This document shows, piece by piece, positions 1-8,701 of a DNA stretch of 32,000 nucleotides. The stretch comes from Desulfobulbus propionicus DSM 2032 (GTDB taxonomy: Bacteria > Desulfobacterota > Desulfobulbia > Desulfobulbales > Desulfobulbaceae). The translations under genes and the position numbers were made by a program. The stretch spans positions 480,001 to 512,000 of the forward strand of contig NC_014972.1 of assembly GCF_000186885.1 (NCBI RefSeq), written 5' to 3'. Under the pieces are notes generated by a model. That model was not told the DNA's origin and did not search any database. It was given only the letters and a program-made list of their open reading frames with translations. The stretch's first letter is position 1. Each line of letters starts with the position of its first letter.

Positions 1-94
1 CTGGTTGAGTTGGCTGGCGCCGGCCGCGGGCTTCAACCCCGTCGGGCCGCCTGTGCAAGGGCGGCCGTTTGGTTCGATTCCAAAACCAGTCTCC
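1..94 (+). tRNA. selC: tRNA-Sec (anticodon TCA), 5' end cut off by window edge
   Basis: Sec-like fold read from sequence: D-arm GTTGGC(9-14)/GCCGGC(19-24), 6 bp with a 4-nt loop; anticodon loop CTTCAAC flanked by GGG/CCC; long variable arm GGCCGCC/GGCGGCC; T-arm TTTGG-TTCGATT-CCAAA; 3' strand ACCAGTCTCC pairs with CTGGT at 1-5. No canonical GCCA end (CTCCAGCA). Exact ends uncertain. Confidence 0.72.
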
Positions 95-354
95 AGCATA
101 AGGAAACCACGGGAAAAAGCACCGGAAGGGCGGGTGGAGACAAGGAGTGGGAGGGCCGGATGGGGTGAGATTCGCGGGATGGCGCGATTGTGCTGACACT
201 CCGTCCCCGCCCCGGAATCCATGGGCGGTTTGAGGCGTTGTCTACCGATGGCGCTTGAACCCGCTCCCAGGGAACGGATGCATGCGGAGCATGGCGAGGT
301 TCCCGGCGCGGGGTGTCACCTGGAAGCGGATCGCCTGCTCCATCGTCGACACGG

Positions 355-1275
355 TCAATCCGTGCGGGAGGCCCCGCCTTCCCGCTCCGCTTGTGTCCGC
401 AGATGCTTGACAAAGGCAGAAGCGGCGGGGTGAAGCGCTTTGTTTTTGCGGGTGACGAGAGAAAAGGGGCGTTCGCCCGAAACATCCTTCACGGAAAGGG
501 CGACCAGCGAGCCGCGCTCCAACTCCGCCCGCACGGACCGGCGCGAGAGCATCGAAATTCCCACTCCGGCCTTGACCGCCTCCTTGACCGCCTCATTGGA
601 GCCGAATTGCGCCACCTCCCGCAGGTCGGACTCCTTGTATCCCTTGTTTTCGAGAATGTGGGCGATATTCTTCCGGGTCCCCGAGCCTTGCTCCCTGAGA
701 ACAAAGGGCTGGGCCAGCAACTCGCTGACAGGAATCGGTTGTCGGTCGATCAGGGCGCTGCCCGGCTGGGTGATCAGAACAAGGGTGTCGTGAAAAAGCG
801 CCTGCCATTCGAGACCGCGCTCGTTCCAAATTCCCCCGACCAAGCCAAGGTCATATTCGCCATCAAGCACTTTTTTCGCGATGGCCCGTGAGCCGCTGAC
901 ATGCACGATGGTTTTGATTTGCGGATACTGCTGGTGAAACATGCCGACGATTGCGGGGAGAATATAGGTTCCGGGAATACTGCTGGCACCGATGAGCAAA
1001 TTGCCGACAAACTGCCCGCTATAGTGAACAATGGCCTCCACGGCCTCCTGCTGCAGGCGGAGCATTCGGGTGGCATAGCTGTACAGAAGCTGTCCGACCG
1101 GGGTTGGTTCCACCTCCCGGCCAAGGCGATCGACCAATTTTTGGCCGAGTTCCTCCTCGAGATTCCGGATATGATCGCTCACCGTCGGTTGCGAAAGCTG
1201 CACCGCCTGAGCGGCCTTGGTAAAACTTCGCAGCTCGACGACCTTGCAAAATGCGTCAAGTTTTCGGATGTCCAT
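355..1275 (-). CDS. LysR-family transcriptional regulator (CysB-like, possibly selenium-metabolism associated)
   Basis: 306 aa; N-terminal LysR HTH (LDAFCKVVELRSFTKAAQAVQLSQPTVSDHIRNLEEELGQKL) and a substrate-binding domain; adjacent to the selC-like tRNA. Confidence 0.9.
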   Translation of the reverse strand: MDIRKLDAFCKVVELRSFTKAAQAVQLSQPTVSDHIRNLEEELGQKLVDRLGREVEPTPVGQLLYSYATRMLRLQQEAVEAIVHYSGQFVGNLLIGASSIPGTYILPAIVGMFHQQYPQIKTIVHVSGSRAIAKKVLDGEYDLGLVGGIWNERGLEWQALFHDTLVLITQPGSALIDRQPIPVSELLAQPFVLREQGSGTRKNIAHILENKGYKESDLREVAQFGSNEAVKEAVKAGVGISMLSRRSVRAELERGSLVALSVKDVSGERPFSLVTRKNKALHPAASAFVKHLRTQAEREGGASRTD

Positions 1276-1470
1276 TTCTGTTATCGATCATCAGAGGGGT
1301 CAGATTTGTGACCGTTTGGGGCCGCCCGCCTGCCGGGTGCCGCCGCAACCGGCCGCCGGGGCGTGCAGCTCGGGCTGTCCTTGACCTGTTCGGGGGCAGT
1401 GCCACAATCGCTCCCAGGGAAAGAAAAGAACCGTCCCACACGGTCACGGCAAGAGCGTTCTCCTTCTTTC

Positions 1471-3039
1471 TCAGCGTCCCGTACCCTTTTTTCGTATGCC
1501 CAGTCTGGTCGCCAGATTGTGCAGATTGCTCCTGTTCATGCCCAGTTCCCGGGCCGCTGCGGCCCAATTCCCTTGGTTTCTTTCCAGAGTTTCTTTGATG
1601 AGTCGAATCTCGTAGGCCTTGACCACAGCCTTCAGGGAGATCCCCTGGCGCCCGATGGCCAGAACTGGTTCGAGGGCACTCCGGGTCAAGGGAGCCTGCA
1701 CGTTGAGGTCGCCGCTGACAAAGGCCGGGGTGACCGTCACCTCCTTGCCGCCGAGTTGCGTGGCGGACGCCTTGAGCACGGATCGGGAAATGACGTTGTC
1801 CAATTCGCGAACATTGCCTGGCCAGGCGTAGCGCGTCAGCAGGTCCAGCGCCTCCTCGCTGATCCGCACCTGATGCAGGCCCAGATTGATTCGCGCTTTT
1901 TCGGCAAAAAAATCAGCGAGCAGGGGAACGTCCTCGCGCCGTTCCCTCAGAGGCGCCACGTTGATGGGGTAGACATTCAAGCGGTGATAGAGATCGGCTC
2001 GAAAGGTGCCGGCGGCCACCTCCTGCTCGAGATCCCGGTTGGTGGCGGTGATCAAGCGGACATCGACGTGCTGAATCTTTTCGGAACCAACCCGCTGAAT
2101 TTCGCCCTCCTGGATCGTTCTGAGCAGCTTGGCCTGCACGTCGAGCGGCAGTTCGCCGATTTCGTCGAGAAAAAGCGTCCCCCCATCCGCCAGGGCAAAC
2201 TTTCCGGTCCTGTCCGAGACCGCTCCGGTGAATGCGCCCTTGACATGGCCAAAGAGCTCGCTTTCGGCAAGGGCAGTGGGCAGGGCGGCGCAATTCAGGT
2301 AGAGCATCGGCTTGTCCCGGCGGCGGGAATGGTTGTGCACCGATCTGGCGACCAGCTCTTTGCCGACGCCCGTCTCTCCGAGAATCAGGATGGTGAAATC
2401 GGATTTGGCGACAAGTTCGATCTCCTGCCGCAAGCGTTTGATGTGCGCGCTGGCGCCAAGAATCTCGTGGCCCCTCTGTTGCTGGATGTCGCGCATCAGG
2501 TCAGAGGCCAGCAAGCCTTGCCGTTCCGCTTCCTTTTCCAGGGCGCTGAACAGTTCGACCGTCTGGATCTGGGCGCTGGTCAACGAGGCGATGACCTGGA
2601 CGTACTGTTTGGGGAGGTGCCTGAACGCCGTGGAGTCAATGGCATCAAACACCAGCACGCCGACCAATTGCTCGCGCATCAGCAGCGGACAGCCGAGGCA
2701 GGCATGAATGTGGTGGACGGATTCCAGGTCGATATCCAGCAGTCCGTCAAACGGATCCGGGAGTTTGCTGTCGCTGGAGAACAACGTCGGTTGACTGGAT
2801 CCGCAGATGATGTCCAGCCGTGGGTGATCCTTGCGCCGGAAAACCCTGGCCATGGCCTTTGGTTTCAATCCCTTCGCGGCAATGGGGGCCAAGGTGTCGT
2901 TTTCGAGCCGGAGCAGGGCGGCGGAATCGTAGGGGATGGCAAGATGGAGCGCTTCCAGCAGCCTTTGGTAACGATCCTCGGCACCCAAGACCGCGGTCAG
3001 GTCATGGGCGATGATTGAAAGCGTTTCCAGCAGTTTCAT
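1471..3039 (-). CDS. sigma54-dependent transcriptional activator, GAF + AAA+ + Fis-type HTH (NorR-like)
   Basis: [15 protein letters not shown] Walker [16 protein letters not shown] (GAFTGA sigma54 contact loop), [14 protein letters not shown]-terminal HTH. The first Met of the ORF is at 3075; MKLLETLS at 3039 is a plausible start. Confidence 0.9.
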   Translation of the reverse strand: MKLLETLSIIAHDLTAVLGAEDRYQRLLEALHLAIPYDSAALLRLENDTLAPIAAKGLKPKAMARVFRRKDHPRLDIICGSSQPTLFSSDSKLPDPFDGLLDIDLESVHHIHACLGCPLLMREQLVGVLVFDAIDSTAFRHLPKQYVQVIASLTSAQIQTVELFSALEKEAERQGLLASDLMRDIQQQRGHEILGASAHIKRLRQEIELVAKSDFTILILGETGVGKELVARSVHNHSRRRDKPMLYLNCAALPTALAESELFGHVKGAFTGAVSDRTGKFALADGGTLFLDEIGELPLDVQAKLLRTIQEGEIQRVGSEKIQHVDVRLITATNRDLEQEVAAGTFRADLYHRLNVYPINVAPLRERREDVPLLADFFAEKARINLGLHQVRISEEALDLLTRYAWPGNVRELDNVISRSVLKASATQLGGKEVTVTPAFVSGDLNVQAPLTRSALEPVLAIGRQGISLKAVVKAYEIRLIKETLERNQGNWAAAARELGMNRSNLHNLATRLGIRKKGTGR

Positions 3040-3139
3040 GTTTTTAAAAATACAACAATGTATACATGGGTACAACGATTAAATGTTGCGATTATAAAAA
3101 CAATTTAGATAACATTTTGATATGTAAATATATTATTAC

Positions 3140-3155
3140 TGGCACGCTCGTTGCT
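3140..3155 (+). promoter_or_regulatory. sigma54 (-24/-12) promoter upstream of the cupin gene
   Basis: TGGCACG-CTCG-TTGCT matches consensus TGGCACG-N4-TTGCW; GG at 3141-3142 and GC at 3153-3154; 67 bp upstream of ATG 3222; divergent sigma54 activator next door. Confidence 0.8.
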
Positions 3156-3221
3156 ATAAATAAGGAAACGGCGTTCATTCACGCCTCGGAACAACGACCA
3201 CCAAGAGACAAGGAAACAGCC

Positions 3222-3542
3222 ATGAAGACCATACAACTCGATACCACCAACGAATTCAGTGCGGGGGCCATGAAACGGTTTTTTCTCGTTGAAGATTCCC
3301 CCTTTTTCAAAATCATCAACTTCAATCTCGATGCGGGCGTCACCTTTCCGGTACACGCGCACGACCTGGACGGCGATCTGTCCATCCTCGTCTTGGCAGG
3401 CGAAGGGTATTTTCTGGATGGCGAAGGGCAAAAAATCCCGGCCAAGGCCGGAGACCTGCTTATCTCGCAGATCCGCGAACCGCACGGGGTCGAGGCGACC
3501 ACCAAAATGCGGCTGCTGGTCACCATCGCGCCGCCGATTTGA
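3222..3542 (+). CDS. cupin-domain protein
   Basis: MKTIQLDTTNEFSAG...; cupin motifs (HAHDLDGDLSILVLAGEGYFLDGEGQKIPAKAGDLL...PHGVEA). In-frame start at 3222 inside ORF 3066..3542. Confidence 0.85.
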   Translation: MKTIQLDTTNEFSAGAMKRFFLVEDSPFFKIINFNLDAGVTFPVHAHDLDGDLSILVLAGEGYFLDGEGQKIPAKAGDLLISQIREPHGVEATTKMRLLVTIAPPI

Positions 3543-3625
3543 CGAGCAGGTCCATAAGGCAAGAGACATCGATCATCCGCAAACAACAACAGTTATTGCC
3601 CACGCGCACGTACCCAGAGGTTGCC

Positions 3626-5095
3626 ATGTTACTGACCAAAGACACGACCATCTATACCTTGTCGCAAGAATATCCTTTTTTGATCAATGCGTTGGCCGAG
3701 CACAACAAAACCTTTGAAAAGCTGAAAAATCCGATGCTTCGCCAGACCATTGGACGGATGGCCACCATCGAAAAGGCCGCGTCCATGGGGAACGAGGGCG
3801 TTCTCGAACTGATGCTCTTTATCGCCGGCACGATCATGGCGACCACCGGCACGCCCATCGAACTCTCTCCGCCCGCTGTTCAGGCGTCTGGGGGGGGAAC
3901 GGGTAACCTGTCCAGGGAGCGGCGCTTGACGGCGCTCAAGGAGATTATCCGAGAATTGCACGATGGTGCCGAGCTCTCGCGGTTGCAGAAGAAATTTGCC
4001 CAAACCGTCGGCGACATCAGCCCGGAAGAGATCGCCTCCCTGGAGCAGTCGCTGGTCAATGAGGGGTTGCCGGAATCGGAAATCAAGAAAATGTGCCACC
4101 TGCACGCGGCGTTGTTCCACAACGCGCTGGAGGGGCAAGAGCTGCCGTCCATGCCGCCAGGACATCCCGTGCACACCTATATGGAGGAAAATGCACAGGC
4201 AAGAGCGGTGATCGCCGAAATCAAGCAGGAACTCGACAAGGCCGGCGAGGAAGCGGGGGAAACCGTATGGTCCTTTGTTGTTGGCCATCTCCGCTTGCTC
4301 GCAGAAGAATTGGCGGCAATACAGACCCATTATGTGCGCAAGGAAAATCAACTTTTCCCGCTGCTCGAACAGCACGATCTGGCTGCTCCGGGGAAAGTGA
4401 TGTGGGAAGTGCACGATGACATTCGCCGTCAACTCCGCCATGCCCAAGCGTTGCTGGCTGGCAAGGAACGAATGGCGGCCCGGGCGGCCCTGTTGGACCT
4501 TGTGGCAGCGGTGGAGGACATGATCCATAAGGAAGAGCGCATCCTTTTCCCCATGGCTCTGCAAGTGTTGACCGATGACGATTGGCGGCGCTGCCGGCTG
4601 GGCGAGGAAGAAATCGGATTCGCCTTTGCGGTGACCCCCGGCAGCGAATGGACCGCCGTCGGCACGGTGTCCGCCGCAGCCAATGCGGGGTTGGTCGATC
4701 TGGCCACGGGCCAGCTTTCCCCTGAGGTGGTCGATGCCATGCTCCGTAACCTGCCGGTTGATATCAGTTTTGTCGACGCCGATGACAAGGTCGCTTATTA
4801 TTCGGACAGTAGCCATCGCATTTTTCCCAGAAGCCCCGGCGTCATTGGTCGGGACGTCAAGAACTGTCATCCGCCGAAATCACTGCACATGGTGACCGAG
4901 ATATTGGAGGCGTTCAAGAGAGGGGAACGGAAAAAAGCGGAATTTTGGCTGGAAATTGGCGGGAAATTTATTCATATCCAATATCTGGCGTTGTGGGATG
5001 AGCAAGGCCGGTATCTGGGGTGCCTGGAGGTCGGACAGGATGCCACCCATGTGCGAGCCCTGCAGGGACAGCGCCGTCTGCTGGAGTGGGAATGA
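3626..5095 (+). CDS. DUF1858/DUF438-type protein with hemerythrin HHE domain and C-terminal PAS-like domain
   Basis: N-terminal DTTIYTLSQEYPFLINALAEHN...; DUF438-like TALKEIIRELHDG; HHE-like HPVHTYMEEN...HYVRKENQLFPLLEQHD...HDDIRRQL...HKEERILFPMA; PAS-like ISFVDADDKVAYYS. ATG 3626 is inside ORF 3539..5095. Confidence 0.85.
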   Translation: MLLTKDTTIYTLSQEYPFLINALAEHNKTFEKLKNPMLRQTIGRMATIEKAASMGNEGVLELMLFIAGTIMATTGTPIELSPPAVQASGGGTGNLSRERRLTALKEIIRELHDGAELSRLQKKFAQTVGDISPEEIASLEQSLVNEGLPESEIKKMCHLHAALFHNALEGQELPSMPPGHPVHTYMEENAQARAVIAEIKQELDKAGEEAGETVWSFVVGHLRLLAEELAAIQTHYVRKENQLFPLLEQHDLAAPGKVMWEVHDDIRRQLRHAQALLAGKERMAARAALLDLVAAVEDMIHKEERILFPMALQVLTDDDWRRCRLGEEEIGFAFAVTPGSEWTAVGTVSAAANAGLVDLATGQLSPEVVDAMLRNLPVDISFVDADDKVAYYSDSSHRIFPRSPGVIGRDVKNCHPPKSLHMVTEILEAFKRGERKKAEFWLEIGGKFIHIQYLALWDEQGRYLGCLEVGQDATHVRALQGQRRLLEWE

Positions 5096-5150
5096 TGGCG
5101 GCGGTCTTCATTCCTGAAAAGACTTAAAACAAATAGATAAGGAGAGCACC

Positions 5151-5342
5151 ATGGCACAGGAAGTACAGATCGATCAGGACGAGTGTTTGGGATGCGAGGC
5201 ATGTGTTGAAATCTGCCCAGCTGTTTTTGCCTTTGATGACTCGAGAGGCAAAGCGTTCGTGAAAAACGATGCCAACGCCGACGAGGAATGCGTCGATGAA
5301 GCCATTGGCTCCTGCCCGGCTGGGTGTATCAGCAAAGAATGA
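5151..5342 (+). CDS. ferredoxin, 4Fe-4S
   Basis: 63 aa with CLGCEACVEICP and a distal CP (SCPAGC); RBS ggagag upstream of ATG. Confidence 0.92.
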   Translation: MAQEVQIDQDECLGCEACVEICPAVFAFDDSRGKAFVKNDANADEECVDEAIGSCPAGCISKE

Positions 5343-5861
5343 CGCACGATCATGAATCGATCTGCCAGTTCCTTTTGGAGAACTGGCAGATCACTGCGGC
5401 TTTTGTAGCAAAACCAGGAAGATGAGGAACCGAAAATTTTGGAGCCTCCTGGCCTTGTTGTGGGCCATTACCGCTTGTGGCGCTTGCCTTACAAACGGAT
5501 AGGGCAATTTTCCCATCCAGCACAGCGCTCTGGAAACGGGGTAAAAATTCCCAGTGGCCGTAATGACCCCGTTCTGCCTTCTTTGCCAAAGGATCATGGC
5601 AAAGGGGGCGTTGAATGAATCCTCCCTGCTCGTTGGTCACGTTCGCTTACCGACACCCTGCACTGCCTTGTCCTGTCGCAATGTTTTGCCATTGCGCGTC
5701 GATAGTCGAAATTTTTCCGGTTAACTCTCTGTTGCGGCACGTTTCATGCTGTCTATTTGAAAAGGTGAAATGGCTTGGGTGCTCGCGATGAGGAGGCATG
5801 TTTTTCCCATTCGAGGCTCAATGGCGAACTCTATTCATACAGGAGGCAAAATGTGGAGAGA

Positions 5862-6509
5862 GTGAAAATAAAAAAATGGGTCCATCCGGTCGATAAATTT
5901 CCTCGCATTTCACACCGTGCTTCTCTCATGGAAGCCGTGGCTGCCTTAAAAAAGGCAGATGCATATTGCCAGGCAGGCTGTTTTGCACAGAGAATTCTCT
6001 TAGCCTATGACGCGGGGGGGCGCATTGTCGGCAAACTCTCGCCGGTCGATATTGTCGGGGCACTTGCATCCCATTGCGAAAGTTCCAAGGCGAATATCGG
6101 CGGATGGTCGAAGGGCTTGATCGTTACTTTGCTTGAGAAGCTGAAACAGTATCTTTTGCCGGGACGGAAGCCCCTCGCAGAACATTGGCAGAAAGCCCAC
6201 CGAATTAGCATGTCTCCATACATCAAGAGGTACTCTTCCAGCAACATGATCGGAGCCAACGACACCATGGAGGTGGCGTTTCGTCTATTTGTCGCAGGCC
6301 GCCATGACTCGTTGTTCGTTGTGCAAAAAAAAGAAATACACGGCTTGCTCCTGTTCGCAGATGTTTACAAAGAAATCAGCAGGTTCCTGGAGTGCTGCCC
6401 CCTAGCGCAATTGGGTGGCCGCGATAGCGTGCGACTGCCAATCGAGAGAGACTTGTCACCGGTGCCCCGAGGGTTGTCAGCCAGGGCTCCAGCGACTCAA
6501 ACTGTTTAA
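5862..6509 (+). CDS. CBS-domain-pair protein
   Basis: ORF 5775..6509 with two CBS-like halves (SLMEAVAALKKADAYC...ILLAYDAGGRIVGKLSPVDIVGAL; ANDTMEVAFRLFVAGRHDSLFVVQKKEIHGLLLFADVYKEI). GTG 5862 is a tentative start. Confidence 0.7.
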   Translation: MKIKKWVHPVDKFPRISHRASLMEAVAALKKADAYCQAGCFAQRILLAYDAGGRIVGKLSPVDIVGALASHCESSKANIGGWSKGLIVTLLEKLKQYLLPGRKPLAEHWQKAHRISMSPYIKRYSSSNMIGANDTMEVAFRLFVAGRHDSLFVVQKKEIHGLLLFADVYKEISRFLECCPLAQLGGRDSVRLPIERDLSPVPRGLSARAPATQTV

Positions 6510-6588
6510 CCGCACCGTTGTCGGCCGTTACGGAACAGGTGCCAACATCCCTTTGCCGTCATGTGGCGGCTGTCATGGAGGGGTATCC

Positions 6589-7002
6589 TTGTCGAGCAAA
6601 ACAATTTTTATTACTGAAAAAGACAAAAAACGAATTGAACAACTGCTGCTCTTCTGTGATTGCTTCACGGGACAGGAGAGAAAATATATCCGTAAATTGC
6701 ATTACGATATGAGCCAAGGACATGTGGTCAGCGCCGGGGAAATGCCGTCCAATGTTGTCACCACCCATTCTTGGGTGGTGCTGTGCGATCTTTCCGATGG
6801 CGAGGTGTTTGGCTTGACCCTGGTCTTTCCCGAAGAGGTTGATTCACAAGGGAACAGAGTGTCCATCCTGAGCTCGATTGGAGCTGCGCTTATCGGGCGG
6901 CAAAAGGGGGATACCATAGCCTATTCAACCCCTTCCGGTATCCGCAGATGTCTCATTACGACCATTTGTCAATCGCCAGAACCATGCGTCAAGCCCCCGT
7001 AG
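6589..7002 (+). CDS. GreA/GreB C-terminal / Rnk-like protein (possible regulator of nucleoside diphosphate kinase)
   Basis: SSKTIFITEKDKKRIEQLL ... VLCDLSDGEVFGLTLVFPEEVDSQGNRVSILSSIGAALIGRQKGDTIAYSTPSGIRR resembles the Rnk/GreA C-terminal fold. TTG 6589 preceded by GGAGGGG (6577-6583). Confidence 0.7.
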   Translation: MSSKTIFITEKDKKRIEQLLLFCDCFTGQERKYIRKLHYDMSQGHVVSAGEMPSNVVTTHSWVVLCDLSDGEVFGLTLVFPEEVDSQGNRVSILSSIGAALIGRQKGDTIAYSTPSGIRRCLITTICQSPEPCVKPP

Positions 7003-7024
7003 AGTTTCGGCTCTAGAAAAGGCG

Positions 7025-8662
7025 TCAACCTCGTACCGGAAGGCTGAGGGTGACAATCATGCCTCCCTGCGGTCTGTCCTTGGTCGAAATTTTTCCTCCC
7101 AATGTGTAGACAATGTTACTGTACATGGACAGATTGAGCCCCATTCCCTTGCTTGCGCCTCTGGACACAACAAATGGCTGCCACAATCTTTCCATTCTTT
7201 CTGAAGTTATCCCCGGGCCACTATCGGAAATTTGAACGCATACCTCTCCTGATTTGCAATAGGTGATGATGTCGATCTGACCATCACTCCCTACCGCATC
7301 CAGTGCGTTTTCGATCAGGTCCAGGATCAGTCGTTGTACTTGTGTGCCATCGGTCCTGATAGTGGGTAGTTGTTCGTCAAAGTGCAGATTAATGGCAATA
7401 TTCCTATCCTCCGCCTCTTTTTCATAAAAGGAAAGGAATTCTCGAAGTATCCAGTTGAGTTGAATGTCGTATTCTGAATCGATTTTTTGCGAGAAACGGG
7501 CAAGCCTATCAATGATTGTCCTTATGCAACGCGCGTGGATTTGGATTTTTTCCAAGGCATCCTGATTGTTCTGGTAGCGATTGGTGTACCGTGTTTCCTC
7601 CTGAAGGTGGAGCTTCACGACCCTATCCGCTTGTTTTTGTATCTGTTGGAGGGGGCCGCCGATATCTTTGGCAACGCTCGCTGCAATTCGAGCAATATTA
7701 GCTATTATCTCAACATGAACCAATTGACTGTATAGCAATTTTTGTTGCTGGTCCCGCTTTTCAATCCACCTGACGATGACTCGGCTTATGATCATCGAGA
7801 AAAGCATGGAACATGCCGATAATACCAAAACAACGTAGATCGCCAAGTTCCGATAGGTATAATATCCGTCGAGAGAAGTGCCGAAATGCGTTTTAAGAAA
7901 AAGTTTCCAGTTGCTATCGTTAAACCATTTGCTGGTATAGAGGAATTCCTTGTCTTGGACGACGTTTATTTGTTGGTAATTCTTGAGCATGCGGTGCTCA
8001 ATGGCATTGAGATGCCCCTGCTTCTTGAGACCCGCTGCCGGGTGCGCTCCGTTGACACTGAGAAGATACGCTTCGTTGTTCGGGGTTGTTTGGATGCGTC
8101 CGAGCATGGCTTCTAACAGGAGTGGGTTGATGGTCGCCCGTAATACACAGGTTTTGCGTCGGTCGCTCAATGCAATAATAAAATTTGAGGCACCACGCTG
8201 ATCAACAAAGACATCGCTGACAGCCACACCGCCCATCAACACCTGGTTAAACCATTGCGCCTCTTTATAGTCCCTGCGCGAGTCCTCCTCATGGCTCGAT
8301 CCCGCATGGGCCAGTAGGCTGCCATCGATGGCGAGCAGTTGCAGAGCAATAATATCACTATCGCGACCGTTATCGTTGACCATCTGAAGCAGGCTCGCGA
8401 AAGTTTCCACCTCTCGCAGGTGTTCGATCGGGTGGAGATTGATCAGGGTGGAGAGGAGGGTAACCTTGCCCCGCAGATAGGTGGATAGCTCTCTGGCACC
8501 ATGCGCAACTCGTTGTTGGGCGGTTGCCTCCACTTCTCTGACCGAAAGCGTCTTGACATAGCCAATGGAACCGCACGCAAAGAGGGTAAGGGGGACAACG
8601 CTGACGATGAAGATCCCAACCGCAAGCATCCGTTGTAGCCGGGCCGACTCAAGTTGTTTCAT
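7025..8662 (-). CDS. membrane sensor histidine kinase with Cache-like extracytoplasmic domain; degenerate H-box
   Basis: 545 aa; two hydrophobic TM segments; N box (LILDLIENALDAVG), G1 (ISDSGPGIT), G2 (GASKGMGLNLSMYSNI). The H-box position reads ASVAKDIGGPLQQI. Confidence 0.87.
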   Translation of the reverse strand: MKQLESARLQRMLAVGIFIVSVVPLTLFACGSIGYVKTLSVREVEATAQQRVAHGARELSTYLRGKVTLLSTLINLHPIEHLREVETFASLLQMVNDNGRDSDIIALQLLAIDGSLLAHAGSSHEEDSRRDYKEAQWFNQVLMGGVAVSDVFVDQRGASNFIIALSDRRKTCVLRATINPLLLEAMLGRIQTTPNNEAYLLSVNGAHPAAGLKKQGHLNAIEHRMLKNYQQINVVQDKEFLYTSKWFNDSNWKLFLKTHFGTSLDGYYTYRNLAIYVVLVLSACSMLFSMIISRVIVRWIEKRDQQQKLLYSQLVHVEIIANIARIAASVAKDIGGPLQQIQKQADRVVKLHLQEETRYTNRYQNNQDALEKIQIHARCIRTIIDRLARFSQKIDSEYDIQLNWILREFLSFYEKEAEDRNIAINLHFDEQLPTIRTDGTQVQRLILDLIENALDAVGSDGQIDIITYCKSGEVCVQISDSGPGITSERMERLWQPFVVSRGASKGMGLNLSMYSNIVYTLGGKISTKDRPQGGMIVTLSLPVRG

Positions 8663-8701
8663 GATGATAGGTCACGTTCGACTGGCGGTTGGTGATGGCT
8701 A

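Noticed and set aside
1363-3018. 551-aa plus-strand ORF
   Set aside because: Lies antisense to the NorR-like activator whose AAA+ motifs are unambiguous; shadow ORF.
3629-4870. 413-aa minus-strand ORF
   Set aside because: Shadow of the DUF438/hemerythrin gene; no domain logic.
5350-5640. 96-aa minus-strand ORF between ferredoxin and the CBS gene
   Set aside because: No recognisable domain or convincing RBS; treated as intergenic.
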